DNA of 64,000 nucleotides from an uncultured archaeon (GTDB lineage: Archaea > Aenigmatarchaeota > Aenigmatarchaeia > Aenigmatarchaeales > JAHLMS01): positions 115,991 to 179,990 of the forward strand of contig CAYGWB010000006.1 in NCBI GenBank assembly GCA_964353775.1, in the 5' to 3' direction. The translations under genes and the position numbers were made by a program. This document shows positions 28,620 to 38,951 of the stretch, piece by piece. A model generated the notes under the pieces. It had not been told where the DNA came from, made no database searches, and worked only from the letters and a program-made list of their open reading frames with translations. The number at the start of each line of letters is the position of its first letter. Within the stretch, counting starts at the first letter, position 1.

Positions 28620-29091
28620 AATAGCTCAGCATCCAATGCATACCGAAATATCCGGCCAGTGCAATGACAGTGTAGCGGACTATCTTCCCTGAAACGGCTG
28701 CGATGTAGAATTTCTTTGCGCTGTAGTGGATGCTACCGGCAAAAAGCCCCATGAAATCGAACGGTATTACCGGTATGGCTGCAACGACAAAGATGACCAG
28801 GCTGCCGTGATATTTTCTGAACAGCTCTTCCATGTGATGTATCTGCTTCTTGTATTTTTTCTCCAGAATTCGCTCGCCGCCCCTGGCTATCCAATACGAG
28901 GTCAGCTCGCCTGTCGCTGAACCCAGGCCTGCGGCTATACCGACGCCGATAGGGTTGAGCTTGGCCGCCGCCAAGAACACCAGCAAAGAGAGCGGGAACG
29001 TCGGCAGAAACACTGTGGCGGATGAGGCCGCTGCCACGGCAAATATTCCGAAGTAACCGTAGGTGCCGATTGCATTGTTTGCCCATATCAC
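28600..29091 (-). CDS. DedA/VTT-family membrane protein
   Basis: A 163-aa protein with the DedA-like N-terminus YGYFGIFAVAAASSATVFLPTFP and a G-rich re-entrant region. Confidence 0.55.
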   Translation of the reverse strand: MIWANNAIGTYGYFGIFAVAAASSATVFLPTFPLSLLVFLAAAKLNPIGVGIAAGLGSATGELTSYWIARGGERILEKKYKKQIHHMEELFRKYHGSLVIFVVAAIPVIPFDFMGLFAGSIHYSAKKFYIAAVSGKIVRYTVIALAGYFGMHWMLSYFTTELS

Positions 29092-29116
29092 GAACGATTC
29101 TATATCTATCGTGTTC

Positions 29117-29701
29117 TCACCTCAACGTTCTCCATAGAATGCCGAAACGCTGACCGAATGTCAACGCTGACAGCACGGATATTATAAAGACCGTAGCTCC
29201 GAGCGCTCCTGGCAAGAAGAACCCAGCTATCGCTCCGGCCGCTATAATCACTATCCTGTCGGCCCTCGTCAACATGCCCGCATATAGCCTTTTTTTAGTC
29301 AAGGCATGCGCCTCGGTGCCGATATAGCTGACGAGGAGCACTATCACGATGGTGGCCGCTCCGATCCATGGTTCTACGAAACCTCCGCCGGTTATTCCGG
29401 CTATCATAGCGATGTCGGCCAGCCTGTCTACCGTGTGATCAAGAAGGTCGCCGCGCTTGCTCGAACCGTATTTTCTGGCTATCTCGCCGTCGAGTATGTC
29501 CAGGAAGCCGTTGAAAAGAACGAGCAGAGCGGCCGGTATGAGAAGCTGCCGGTAGAATGCAAGGCCTGCCGCAATCGCTACAAAGAGTGCGAACAATGTT
29601 ACGGCGTTCGGATTTACATTTATCACGAACGGTTTGAGAATCGATTTTTTCAAGCTGGGAAGCTTAACGTTAATCCAATCGAGCATATTGATTGTTGGCA
29701 T
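29117..29701 (-). CDS. CDP-alcohol phosphatidyltransferase (second copy; polar head group unknown, possibly inositol-phosphate or glycerol-phosphate type)
   Basis: The motif appears as DILDGEIARKYGSSKRGDLLDHTVDRLAD. The protein is 194 aa. Confidence 0.65.
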   Translation of the reverse strand: MPTINMLDWINVKLPSLKKSILKPFVINVNPNAVTLFALFVAIAAGLAFYRQLLIPAALLVLFNGFLDILDGEIARKYGSSKRGDLLDHTVDRLADIAMIAGITGGGFVEPWIGAATIVIVLLVSYIGTEAHALTKKRLYAGMLTRADRIVIIAAGAIAGFFLPGALGATVFIISVLSALTFGQRFGILWRTLR

Positions 29702-29744
29702 GCCAGCTGATAAATATATAAGTTATGTTCGATAAAGGCTGGAC

Positions 29745-30083
29745 ATGAAACAGGCCATAATAATACGGGCTGACCTAAAGATGGGCAAGGGAAAAATGGT
29801 CAGCCAGGGCTCGCATGCGAGCGTCGCTTCTTTCCTTCGTTCATCCGAGATCGCGCGCGAACGATGGCTCGGCGAGGGGATGGCAAAAATAGTTCTGAAA
29901 GTCTCAAGCGAGGAGGAGCTGAGGGCGATACATGCCGCGGCCAAGCGCGCAAAGCTGCCAGCCGAACTTATTGTAGACCGCGGACTCACGCAGATCGAAC
30001 CGGGCTCGGCGACAGCCGTCGGCATCGGGCCTGCCGAGGATTCTGCGATCGATAAGATAACTGGGAAACTGAAACTGCTGTGA
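29745..30083 (+). CDS. pth2: Peptidyl-tRNA hydrolase, archaeal/eukaryotic type (Pth2)
   Basis: A 112-aa protein with KQAIIIRADLKMGKGKMVSQGSHAS and a C-terminal AIGIGPAE. Confidence 0.85.
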   Translation: MKQAIIIRADLKMGKGKMVSQGSHASVASFLRSSEIARERWLGEGMAKIVLKVSSEEELRAIHAAAKRAKLPAELIVDRGLTQIEPGSATAVGIGPAEDSAIDKITGKLKLL

Positions 30084-30889
30084 ATGTTATGGACATCGGC
30101 ACGTGGATTTCAGCGAACTACCTAGTCCCACTTTGTCACTACTACACACCTGCCGCAACGATCACCTATGGCATCATTTTGGTCGCTGCTGTCGCAGGCC
30201 TTTACAAGATGTTGCAGAAATTGCACGTCAAGATCGACAAATCATTCTTCCTAGGCATGTTGCCTTTCATAATCTATGGCGGATGGACGAGGGCGTTGCG
30301 GGACCACGGGCTTGGCATCTATGGCAGCAACGCCTGGTGGTGGTGCAGCCCGCCGATATATTTCGTGATCGCCGGCATTGCCCTTGCCAGCCTTTTCGCA
30401 GGGCTGGCGATGCAGAAGTACGGCAAAATAAAGTATCATCATGTGATGATTGCTGTCGGTGTCCTGCTTCTGTTGTACGGTCTGACGCTGACATCGATAA
30501 CCAACTGGACGGCGTTCGGAATGATTGTCGGGCTGGTCGGGTTGTTTGCCGCAGCGTTCTTCGGCTTCCACTACTTCAGACCGAAGCTGCTATCGTTCGA
30601 GAACGCGGGCATCATGGTGGCGCACATCCTGGACGCGGCCAGCAGCTTCACAGCAATCCAGTTCTTCGGATACTACGAGCAACACGTGCTGCCCGGATTC
30701 CTTATCGGCCAGGTCGGGCCGTGGGTGATGTTCCCGCTGAAGATTGTGGTCGTCCTAGCCGTGCTGCTTGCGATAGACAAGTATTCGGACGACAAGTTCT
30801 TCAACAATTTCCTGAAAATAGCCATTCTGATACTCGGACTGTCGCTAGGTGTGCGCGACTTTTTAACGGTTAGCATGCTATCTGTTTGA
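30080..30889 (+). CDS. Polytopic membrane protein (possibly DUF63 family)
   Basis: A 269-aa protein with about eight TM helices. Confidence 0.4.
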   Translation: MNVMDIGTWISANYLVPLCHYYTPAATITYGIILVAAVAGLYKMLQKLHVKIDKSFFLGMLPFIIYGGWTRALRDHGLGIYGSNAWWWCSPPIYFVIAGIALASLFAGLAMQKYGKIKYHHVMIAVGVLLLLYGLTLTSITNWTAFGMIVGLVGLFAAAFFGFHYFRPKLLSFENAGIMVAHILDAASSFTAIQFFGYYEQHVLPGFLIGQVGPWVMFPLKIVVVLAVLLAIDKYSDDKFFNNFLKIAILILGLSLGVRDFLTVSMLSV

Positions 30890-30890
30890 T

Positions 30891-32042
30891 ATGTATTTCA
30901 CGAAGGCACCCGGCGTCGGTGGACGACTGAGACAGCGCATAGAGGACTTCAAGGTAGAGGAAATACCAAAGCCCAGCCCGCCCGGCGACGAATACACCAT
31001 ATTCTGGCTCGAGAAGTTCAACTGGGATACGAACCGGGCGTTGGCGGCCGTTGCGCACGCTCTCCATGTAGGCCCGAAAAGATTCGGCATCGCCGGTACG
31101 AAGGACAGGAGGGCAGTGACGAAGCAAAGGGTCTCTGTGTGGAAAGTAGAGCCCGAGCTGCTCGAACATTTGAGGGTAAGGGACATCAAGGTTTCGGGCT
31201 TTGAGAAATCGAGCGAACGAATAAATCTCGGTGACTCTGAAGGAAACAAATTCGTCATCACCATACGCGACATAGGTCTGGAAAATGACGAGGTCAGAAT
31301 GAGATTGGAATCGCTGTTCTTCGAGCTCGATAAAGGAATACCTAATATTTTCGGTCCGCAAAGGTTCGGAGAGGTGAGGAAGGTCACGTCCGAGGTCGGG
31401 CGTGCGATGCTCCGAGGTGACACAGAAGGCGCCGTAAAACTGTATATAGCAAAGGCGTATGATAGGGAACCAGAGGACTCGAAAGCGGCCAGAAACTTCA
31501 TCTGGGAGAACTGGGGCGACAAAGAAAATTATCTCAAAGCGCTCGGCATGTTTCCTGACAGGCTTCACTTCGAACGCACGATGCTGGACTCGCTCACAAA
31601 AATACCGACTGATTTCGCCGCTGCACTGCGCAGGCTTCCGAAAAGGCTGAGAAAGATGTTCCTGAACGCCGTTCAGGCTGATGTATTCAACGAGGTAGCA
31701 ACTTGGTGCGCCACAAACTACTCGCTTGAACAGAGAACGATACCGCTTGTCGGCCACGATACGATACTCAGTCCGTCCGAACCGATCGACAATAAAATCA
31801 TGGAAATAATGAAGCGTGAGGGCATCGAGCAGTCGGCGTTCAAGATGCCGCATGCGCCCGAACTGGCCACCAGCGGCTCGTCCAGAAATTTCATGCTTGT
31901 ACCGAAGAATCTCAAGATTGACGACATAGCGGACGACGATTTCAATCCGGGCAAGCTCAAGGCCGTGATATCTTTCGAGCTGCCGGCCGGCGCCTATGCG
32001 AGCGTCGTATTGGCCGAGGTGTTGAAGATTGGACAGGAATAA
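30891..32042 (+). CDS. truD: tRNA pseudouridine(13) synthase TruD
   Basis: A 383-aa protein with N-terminal RIEDFKVEEI and the catalytic Asp context GIAGTKDRRAVTKQ. Confidence 0.85.
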   Translation: MYFTKAPGVGGRLRQRIEDFKVEEIPKPSPPGDEYTIFWLEKFNWDTNRALAAVAHALHVGPKRFGIAGTKDRRAVTKQRVSVWKVEPELLEHLRVRDIKVSGFEKSSERINLGDSEGNKFVITIRDIGLENDEVRMRLESLFFELDKGIPNIFGPQRFGEVRKVTSEVGRAMLRGDTEGAVKLYIAKAYDREPEDSKAARNFIWENWGDKENYLKALGMFPDRLHFERTMLDSLTKIPTDFAAALRRLPKRLRKMFLNAVQADVFNEVATWCATNYSLEQRTIPLVGHDTILSPSEPIDNKIMEIMKREGIEQSAFKMPHAPELATSGSSRNFMLVPKNLKIDDIADDDFNPGKLKAVISFELPAGAYASVVLAEVLKIGQE

Positions 32043-33423
32043 GCTTTGGAAATTCTGCAGAGATAATAAAATCATTTTAATCGCGTTCATCCTTTCGACT
32101 GTCTGGTTCTTTATCCAGCATGCGTCTGGCCTCAGCTGGGACTTTTCGGTTTACGTCCTCAACGGACGGTATCTACTCTGGGGCGGGCATTATTTTGATT
32201 GGAACCCGGCGCCCATCGTACCGATGATGCTCGGTCTGCTGCAGCCGTTCGGACTCTTATCAGAATATCTTTTCATCCTGATCGTTTCTCTTGTCTGGCT
32301 TGCGGTCTGCCTGAGGTTCGCGGACAGGTTCGGACTCAACAGAACGGCCCTGTACGTTCTGGCCGTCAACCCAGCCGTGCTGCTGTTCGGCCTGAGGAAC
32401 GGCACCGAGCTGCTAGCAACGGCTTTCATTGTATTGTTCTTTACGGAATGGTTCGCAAAACGAAAAGCAAAGGGTGTGCTCGCGCTTGCCGGAGCCGTCC
32501 TGATCCGTTACCCGTCAATGATATTCGCGCCGCTCCTGCTGACAAAGGACGTCAAGCGGCTCCTTATCGGCATCGTGCTGGCTGCCTGCCTGTTCGCACC
32601 TTGGCTCGCATTCAACTGGATAACGAGCGGCAATCCGTTCGCCAGCATAGAGAGCTCATACGCCATGAACGCATTGCAGAACGAGTATGTCAGACCAATC
32701 ATCAACGTCCCTGAGCTGCTGATGTTCATCAATTTCATAATACCGTTCGCCGTTGTCGGTATCATTATCAGGTTCAAGGCCGCAAAGAGGAGCGACTGGT
32801 TTATGCTGGTTGCGATGGGACTGATGATTTTAGCCTTCGCAACCATAGCGACGAAGGACGTCCGCTACATGTTCGCGATGACTGCGCCTGCCATATATTT
32901 TGGCGAGGCCGTCGTCCGCCGTGCAAGGCCATATGTCCTCTGGCTATTGCTTGTTTTGAGCGTGGTCCTGGCGATTTCTGCGACAATCGCAATATCCGAG
33001 CTCAGGCCGGAACTGCCATATCTATACGAGTCGGCTGCCGCAGACGCTGACAACTGCGGTCATGCGAGCAATGCCTGGATATTCATGAACTATCTGGGCG
33101 TCCCGAGCGAGCCGCCGCCAAGGATGGAGCAGGCCGGACAAAAATTGGACGCCGGCTACAGGATAATTTTGTTCAAAAACTATCCTGAACCTGGCTGGCA
33201 GACCAATGAGAGCTTCATGGCTGGCGTACCGGTGCTGACGGAGAAGGAAGGATATTTAATCTTAGGGTACGAAGAGAAATGTGCAGAACCTCCTGTCGTT
33301 AATTCAACCTACTTGGAGATGCTGAACGAGTGGCTGGCTGCGACCGGGAGACCGGAATACGACCCTTGCATGAAGGTATTGCCGAAAGCTTTATGCAACA
33401 TGTTCCCAATAAACATAGAGTGA
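32029..33423 (+). CDS. Large polytopic membrane protein, GT-C-fold glycosyltransferase candidate (ArnT/PMT-like)
   Basis: A 464-aa protein with about 11 TM helices followed by a C-terminal soluble domain. It sits directly upstream of a GT2 gene. Confidence 0.35.
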   Translation: MDRNKLWKFCRDNKIILIAFILSTVWFFIQHASGLSWDFSVYVLNGRYLLWGGHYFDWNPAPIVPMMLGLLQPFGLLSEYLFILIVSLVWLAVCLRFADRFGLNRTALYVLAVNPAVLLFGLRNGTELLATAFIVLFFTEWFAKRKAKGVLALAGAVLIRYPSMIFAPLLLTKDVKRLLIGIVLAACLFAPWLAFNWITSGNPFASIESSYAMNALQNEYVRPIINVPELLMFINFIIPFAVVGIIIRFKAAKRSDWFMLVAMGLMILAFATIATKDVRYMFAMTAPAIYFGEAVVRRARPYVLWLLLVLSVVLAISATIAISELRPELPYLYESAAADADNCGHASNAWIFMNYLGVPSEPPPRMEQAGQKLDAGYRIILFKNYPEPGWQTNESFMAGVPVLTEKEGYLILGYEEKCAEPPVVNSTYLEMLNEWLAATGRPEYDPCMKVLPKALCNMFPINIE

Positions 33424-33427
33424 TTGC

Positions 33428-34654
33428 ATGATGAACATAACGTTGTTGATATTGCAGATGTTCGTAGTCACGCTCACGCTGTTCTGCGGTTGCGCCATGC
33501 TGTTGACGATGCTTTCCAACAGGAAGATGATGTTCTTTGACCCGAAACCGACACGGTTTCCGACGGTGACGATCGGCGTTCCTGCATACAACAAGGCGAA
33601 AGAGATAGGGGCGACGCTGAAAAGCCTTTTGGCGCTCGACTACCCGGTCAAGCCGGAGATAATAGTCGTGGACGACGCTTCGACCGACGGGACGGCCGAT
33701 GTTGTGAGAAAGTTCGCTGGCGTGAAGCTGATACAGCTGAAGAAGAACAGCGGACACAAGGCCGTTCCTCTCAATGTCGCACTGAAGAATGCGAAGGGCG
33801 AACTTTTCGGTTTCATAGACGCGGACACGATTATGCATAAGGACGCTCTGAAATCGATGGTCGGATATTTTTCAGATGTTCAGGTCGCCGCTGTCATGCC
33901 CGCCATGAACACGCTGCCAGGCAAGGGGATACTGGTCCGTCTGCAGCGCATAGAATACATGATAACCATTTTATCGCGAAAGGTGCTGACTTTCCTGAAC
34001 GCGCTGTTCCTGACTCCGGGCTGCGCGCTGTTCAGGACAGAAGTTCTGCGGCTTGTCGGCGGGTTTGACGAGCACGACATCACGGAGGACCTGGAGATAG
34101 GGCTGAGGCTGAAAAGGGCCGGCTGGCGAATAGAGAACTCGCTGAACGCCGTCGTTTGGACAGGCGTGCCCGAGAGCTTCAAGGCCGTGACAAGACAGCG
34201 AGTGAGATGGTACAGGGGCATGATACAGAACCTCAGGAGATACCATGACCTCATAGGACAGAAGAGCGACCTGGGCGTGTTCGTGATACCGTTCCTGCTG
34301 TTGGGCGGAGCAATAGGAATAGTGGTCTTTGCCAGTGCCATGATATACATCGCCTCGAATGCTTTGCTGGACTCGTTCAATTTTGTTTCTGCGCTCGCGC
34401 TCTCCGGCTGGGACCTGTCGCTGCTCGACCTGTCCTATCTCAGCTTCCAGCCGAACATCTTCATGTTCCTCAGCGTGCTGTTCATTCTGATTTTCGGCAC
34501 CAACTTCTATTTTTCGACCGTTGCGGCGCGCCAGTCAAAAACCGGCTGCCTGGTCGATGCCATAATATTTATCTTGATATACACACCACTTGTAGGATTC
34601 TGGTGGGTGCTTAGCGTGGTACAGGAAGCCGTAGGAGCTGACAACGTATGGTGA
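33428..34654 (+). CDS. Family-2 glycosyltransferase (membrane-embedded, processive-type)
   Basis: Motifs PAYNKAKEI, VVDDASTDGT and DADT (DxD), plus QRVRWYRG (QxxRW). TM helices flank the catalytic domain. Confidence 0.8.
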   Translation: MMNITLLILQMFVVTLTLFCGCAMLLTMLSNRKMMFFDPKPTRFPTVTIGVPAYNKAKEIGATLKSLLALDYPVKPEIIVVDDASTDGTADVVRKFAGVKLIQLKKNSGHKAVPLNVALKNAKGELFGFIDADTIMHKDALKSMVGYFSDVQVAAVMPAMNTLPGKGILVRLQRIEYMITILSRKVLTFLNALFLTPGCALFRTEVLRLVGGFDEHDITEDLEIGLRLKRAGWRIENSLNAVVWTGVPESFKAVTRQRVRWYRGMIQNLRRYHDLIGQKSDLGVFVIPFLLLGGAIGIVVFASAMIYIASNALLDSFNFVSALALSGWDLSLLDLSYLSFQPNIFMFLSVLFILIFGTNFYFSTVAARQSKTGCLVDAIIFILIYTPLVGFWWVLSVVQEAVGADNVW

Positions 34655-35292
34655 AGGTAAAGGTGTACTTTGCTGCTGCAGTCATCACGGCCGCGCTTGT
34701 CATGTCCGGCTTTGCGCTCAACTGGTATTTCAACGATCTGCGCCAGGCTGGATTATCACGAACGCTGACCGAGCTCGAGACGTCCATATCCGAGTCGCAG
34801 CTCGAACTGCTGTACGTGACCGAGTTCTCGGACCAGGGCTGCAACGTGCTCGAAGAGAGCAGGCGCGTGACGACCGAGAACCTGATAGGCGTCAACCAGA
34901 AGCTCATCAGCGCGGAACAGAACCTGATACTGCCCGATTGGGAATGGAACAGGCTGAAGACCGAACAGACCATCCAGTACATCAAGCTGTGGATGCTGAC
35001 AAGGAAGATGAAGGACATGTGCGACACGAACGTTTCCACGATATTGTACTTCTTCGACACGGCCTCTGACGTGAGCAAGCAGCAGGGCTACGTGCTGGAC
35101 TCGTTGACGAACCAGTATGGTTCCAGTCGCGTGCTGGTCGTACCGCTAGACTACAATTATAATATAGGGATAATCAGGATACTGCGCACCCAGTTCAACG
35201 TGACTTCTACACCGACCGTTATCGTGGACGAGAAGAACAAGCTTGAAGGGCTGACTTCCAAGGCGGACATAGTTGCCAGTGCGGGCCTCTGA
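34648..35292 (+). CDS. Membrane-anchored hypothetical protein
   Basis: A 214-aa protein with an N-terminal TM helix and a coiled-coil-like ectodomain. It overlaps the GT2 stop by 7 nt. Confidence 0.35.
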   Translation: MVKVKVYFAAAVITAALVMSGFALNWYFNDLRQAGLSRTLTELETSISESQLELLYVTEFSDQGCNVLEESRRVTTENLIGVNQKLISAEQNLILPDWEWNRLKTEQTIQYIKLWMLTRKMKDMCDTNVSTILYFFDTASDVSKQQGYVLDSLTNQYGSSRVLVVPLDYNYNIGIIRILRTQFNVTSTPTVIVDEKNKLEGLTSKADIVASAGL

Positions 35293-35829
35293 TCATTCTT
35301 GCCACAAGAATGCCAAGAGAAGCCTGTCTGCTGCCAAGTCAAGGTCCGTATATGTCCGGTTGACCTCTGTCATGTCCAATCCTTCCACTGTTACCAGTCC
35401 GCCGTTCACCGTTACAGCCGTCTGGTTCGCACCTGCGGCAGGACCGCGCATCCATATGATTATCGCGTTCGGCTCAGGCTGGCCGGGCGTTGTGTTCAGT
35501 TCAAGTGCCCGTATGGTCGGCTTTATCCCGAACATGTCCCTGTATCCGACGACCATCTTGTACGTCAGCTCATAGCCGGCAACAGTATAGAAACCGTTCT
35601 CCTTGTCGTTCGGCATGTACGCTATATATAATATTTTCAGGCCAGGATCGTTCAATGTCTGAAGCAGTGTTGCCTTGTCCGGATATATGGGGACTTTTTC
35701 GGCTTCGTTCAGGTCCGCGCGGAAATTGAAGAGCGTGCTGCCGAAGTATTTCTTGTTCGGTTCGAGCTGAGTACAGCCCGACACTAACATGAGCAGGATT
35801 ATGGACGTTATCAGGATGAGTTTTCGCAT
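35293..35829 (-). CDS. Lipobox lipoprotein (hypothetical)
   Basis: A signal peptide ends in the lipobox LVSGC. The protein is 178 aa. Confidence 0.45.
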   Translation of the reverse strand: MRKLILITSIILLMLVSGCTQLEPNKKYFGSTLFNFRADLNEAEKVPIYPDKATLLQTLNDPGLKILYIAYMPNDKENGFYTVAGYELTYKMVVGYRDMFGIKPTIRALELNTTPGQPEPNAIIIWMRGPAAGANQTAVTVNGGLVTVEGLDMTEVNRTYTDLDLAADRLLLAFLWQE

Positions 35830-35850
35830 ATAGTATCATCTAGGTCGCTA

Positions 35851-35889
35851 ATATAAAAAATAAAAGGCGGGGGCGGTTTCCCGCCCCCG
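35851..35889 (-). terminator. Terminator-like hairpin plus T-tract downstream of the S-layer gene
   Basis: On the minus strand the 9-bp GC stem cgggggcgg-gaaa-ccgcccccg is followed by ccuuuuauuuuuuaua. The same AT tract may serve as the TATA of the lipoprotein gene. Confidence 0.55.
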
Positions 35890-35900
35890 AAATATTGTTT

Positions 35901-38660
35901 TTATGCCAGTGTCGTTATTGTCGGTGAAGCGATTGTTCCACTGACCTGTACGCCTGCAACTGCCTGTGTCTTCAACAGGTCACTCTTTGCCTGTATTACA
36001 CGTGCAGCCAAGTCTGTGTCAGCCGCTTCCCATCCTGCAATCAACACAGCTGTCTTGCCAGTCGCGAACGCGTCTGGGAAGACTTTTATGATTGCTGCGT
36101 TTTGCGGGATTCCCGAGTCGGCACCGTATGCCGGGTAGGTCTTGTCCAATAATTCAGCGGCCAGTTTGTTTACTCCCGGTCCGCCCATTACGAACAGGTC
36201 GCTACCTGTCTTTACGGAGTCTGTCACCTCGGTGTCCAACATGGCGATGTCAGCTGTCACTGCAACGACCTTGTCGGTTGTCACAGTTCCGCCTGTTCCG
36301 CCTGTTCCGACCGTCGGGCTTGCTCCGACAGCTACTGTCGCTAATGCGAAGCTGTCCGGGTAGCTCAATGATGCGCTACCAGACTGCGTGTCGTACTGGA
36401 AGAAGGTTCCGTACTGGGTCATTTTCTTTGTCTGTGTTGTTCCCGAAACGGTTCCTGTTATTCCAGTTACTGCATCTGTCGAAGGTACGCCGGCCTCAAG
36501 CTGGTTGGATGTTGCGTCGTATATCGCCGGGACGTATATCCAGTTGTGGACAGTTCCACCCTCAAGTGATTCCTCAACTAGTACGAGTCCTTTCTCGCCT
36601 ATCTTACCAGCTGCTGCGCCTGTCCACATGTAGAGACCGAGTCCACCATCTGCTGCGTTACCACAGTTGAGTACTGTAGCAGGGTTCTCCTGACAGCTCA
36701 ATCTGAAGTCCACACTATTTATGGTGAAGTCCAAGTTCGCTACTGCACCAGGTGCTCCGTCCGGAACAGTCAGTGTTCCGATCGCGCCTTGCGGTCCGGT
36801 TACTGCCACAGTGCTTGCTGCACCGCCAGCGCCGACAGTTGCTACCAACTGTATGTATCCTACACCGACTGCCGGGTAGTATGTAGCCGAACCAAGTGCT
36901 GGGGCGTCATACTCTCCATTGGAGAAGTACATTCCACCTTGTCCAGCCGATATCAAGTTCGGCACCAGGTATGCATAGTCCTGTCCTGCTGTTGCTGCTG
37001 TTAGTGCGGTGTCGCTACCGTCTGTGTCTGCGCTTCCAGCGATGTTGCCGTCTCTGTTCATGTCAACCCATATCTTCTTGTTGGTAGGCGATGGCACTCC
37101 GTTGACCTCGATGTTGTATGCGAATCCGTCCGAGATCAATTGTGCGTCATAAACACCGCCACCTATCGCGAAAGATATCTGGATTGCCTGTCCTGTTCCT
37201 ACGTCCGTGAATGTCATCAGGTTGTTTGCCGGGTCCATGCTCGTGAACTGGAGCACGTGCGAGAAACCACCAGATGCCACGACGAAGTAGTCGCCTGTCA
37301 CAGCGTTTATCACTGTGTTCTCATCTACTGCAAAGCCTATTGTAGCTGACTTACCCCAAATTACCGGTCCAGCGTTGTAGAACAGCGGAGTGAACGATTC
37401 AGTCTCGCTGTCAAGGTTCTTGTAGCTCACAGCCATGTTCGGTCCAGACGCGCTGTATGTTATGGACTGTCTGCTTGTCGTGTCATCAAGTGCCGGTGTT
37501 AATGCACCGAACAATATCTTGAATGCTCCGACGAACGCGTCGCTTATGCTACTTCCGACTGGTACTGCTACTGCCGTGTTTGGCGTGTAGGTCAACTGTA
37601 TGCTCGACATCTTGTGTGCGGCAGTCGTTATTGCCGATGTCAGACCTGTTACGATGACACCGTCCTTCTGTACGCTTCCTGCCTGCGGTAGGAGCAACTT
37701 CGAGCCTCCGATCACGAGCTCAGCGAAGTCAGGTGCTCCCGACTTGCCTTGCATGACCGATATGGCACCTACGTTTGTTCCGTCCGTCATTGTCATCGTC
37801 TGGCCTGATCTCAAGCTAAACGAATTGCCACCGATTGTTCCGAGCGCCTTGTAGTATACAACTCCGCCGATGTTCTCAGCAGCCACACCTGTCAAAGTTA
37901 CTGTGTAGGTCGTTGAACCCACAGTAGAATCGACAGATTCGGTTGTTGAAACAGTGACTTTCTGGCCACCGCCAAGAACAGTCAGACCTGTTATTGCACC
38001 GCCGACTACTGTTGCCTCGGAGATGATGAACTCCTTGCCCATCATCGTCATCTTCGAGCCCTCGAGTGACACCTTGTCTGTCGCGTCGGTTGTTCCGAGC
38101 GTCAGAGGCGTCGGGAAGCTCATTAGATAACTGTACAGGATCTTACCTGACGGTACATCCATGTACAAGCTCGGCGTTGTAGCTCCAGTCGGTGTGTCGT
38201 ATTTCACTGTTGCGTCTCCACCTGCTGGGTCGCCCATATACATGTATTCTTTGTATGTTCCTGAAGTTCCACTTGTCAGCTGGTAGGTTCCACCCTTCAA
38301 TAGGTCCAGGTTCGTGCTTGTTATCACTGGTTTCAGAGCGTTCATGCTCTGCCACGGTGTGAACTTGTCACCCGGTGACTCCAGTGCTATTCCACCTGAT
38401 ACGCTTGGTCCTACACCAGCTAGCGCAACGTTCGAAGTCTCCTTCGACATTGACGCGTAGTTCGCTGCTATGCCGATGGCACCTGCTATGTCTGCTGGCA
38501 TCGCGTCAGCACCAACTACGAAGACAGGGAACGAGTCCTTTGTCACGAGGTTGGTGATTTCGCTAACCTTTGTTACGTTTATGGCCATCGCTGGTGCAAC
38601 TGCAGCCAAGCTTCCTACTAGAGCAGATCCTGCTAGAGCTGCTATTTGTCTAAATTGCAT
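35901..38660 (-). CDS. S-layer/major surface protein (signal peptide, Thr/Gly/Ala-rich)
   Basis: A roughly 920-aa protein. The signal peptide MQFRQIAALAGSALVGSLAAVAPAMA starts at the second Met, with GGAGGT 7 nt upstream. Composition is T/G/A/S-rich and beta-rich. A C-terminal LFVMGGPGVNKLAAEL...AVLIAGWEAADTDLAA block resembles an archaeal S-layer anchoring domain. Confidence 0.6.
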   Translation of the reverse strand: MQFRQIAALAGSALVGSLAAVAPAMAINVTKVSEITNLVTKDSFPVFVVGADAMPADIAGAIGIAANYASMSKETSNVALAGVGPSVSGGIALESPGDKFTPWQSMNALKPVITSTNLDLLKGGTYQLTSGTSGTYKEYMYMGDPAGGDATVKYDTPTGATTPSLYMDVPSGKILYSYLMSFPTPLTLGTTDATDKVSLEGSKMTMMGKEFIISEATVVGGAITGLTVLGGGQKVTVSTTESVDSTVGSTTYTVTLTGVAAENIGGVVYYKALGTIGGNSFSLRSGQTMTMTDGTNVGAISVMQGKSGAPDFAELVIGGSKLLLPQAGSVQKDGVIVTGLTSAITTAAHKMSSIQLTYTPNTAVAVPVGSSISDAFVGAFKILFGALTPALDDTTSRQSITYSASGPNMAVSYKNLDSETESFTPLFYNAGPVIWGKSATIGFAVDENTVINAVTGDYFVVASGGFSHVLQFTSMDPANNLMTFTDVGTGQAIQISFAIGGGVYDAQLISDGFAYNIEVNGVPSPTNKKIWVDMNRDGNIAGSADTDGSDTALTAATAGQDYAYLVPNLISAGQGGMYFSNGEYDAPALGSATYYPAVGVGYIQLVATVGAGGAASTVAVTGPQGAIGTLTVPDGAPGAVANLDFTINSVDFRLSCQENPATVLNCGNAADGGLGLYMWTGAAAGKIGEKGLVLVEESLEGGTVHNWIYVPAIYDATSNQLEAGVPSTDAVTGITGTVSGTTQTKKMTQYGTFFQYDTQSGSASLSYPDSFALATVAVGASPTVGTGGTGGTVTTDKVVAVTADIAMLDTEVTDSVKTGSDLFVMGGPGVNKLAAELLDKTYPAYGADSGIPQNAAIIKVFPDAFATGKTAVLIAGWEAADTDLAARVIQAKSDLLKTQAVAGVQVSGTIASPTITTLA

Positions 38661-38951
38661 CTGCTTTACCTCCATTTATTTCGATTTTATTTTTTCTTAA
38701 CCTCACATGATACAACAAACTTTTCTGTCCGTTGCATCACGTTCGGTTTTGCACGAAGTTTTTCGTGCGTATTTTGAATTTCAACTCTCTGCAGCGCGCA
38801 TTGCAACCTGCTAGCGGCTGCTACAAGGTCGAAATTTTGTAAGTATACTACTATAATGATGGGATATATAATTTAGGAGAAACTGTTTCTGAAAAGGTTT
38901 GGGATTGTTTCTCGGCATGTTTTCAGGCTGAAATAACAAACAAAATGCATT

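Noticed and set aside
36092-38700. Several + strand ORFs (for example 36092-36670, 36388-36633, 37140-37349) inside the S-layer gene
   Set aside because: They are antisense to a long, compositionally biased (T/G/A-rich) coding region. They have no start context and are Cys/Arg/Leu-rich artefacts.
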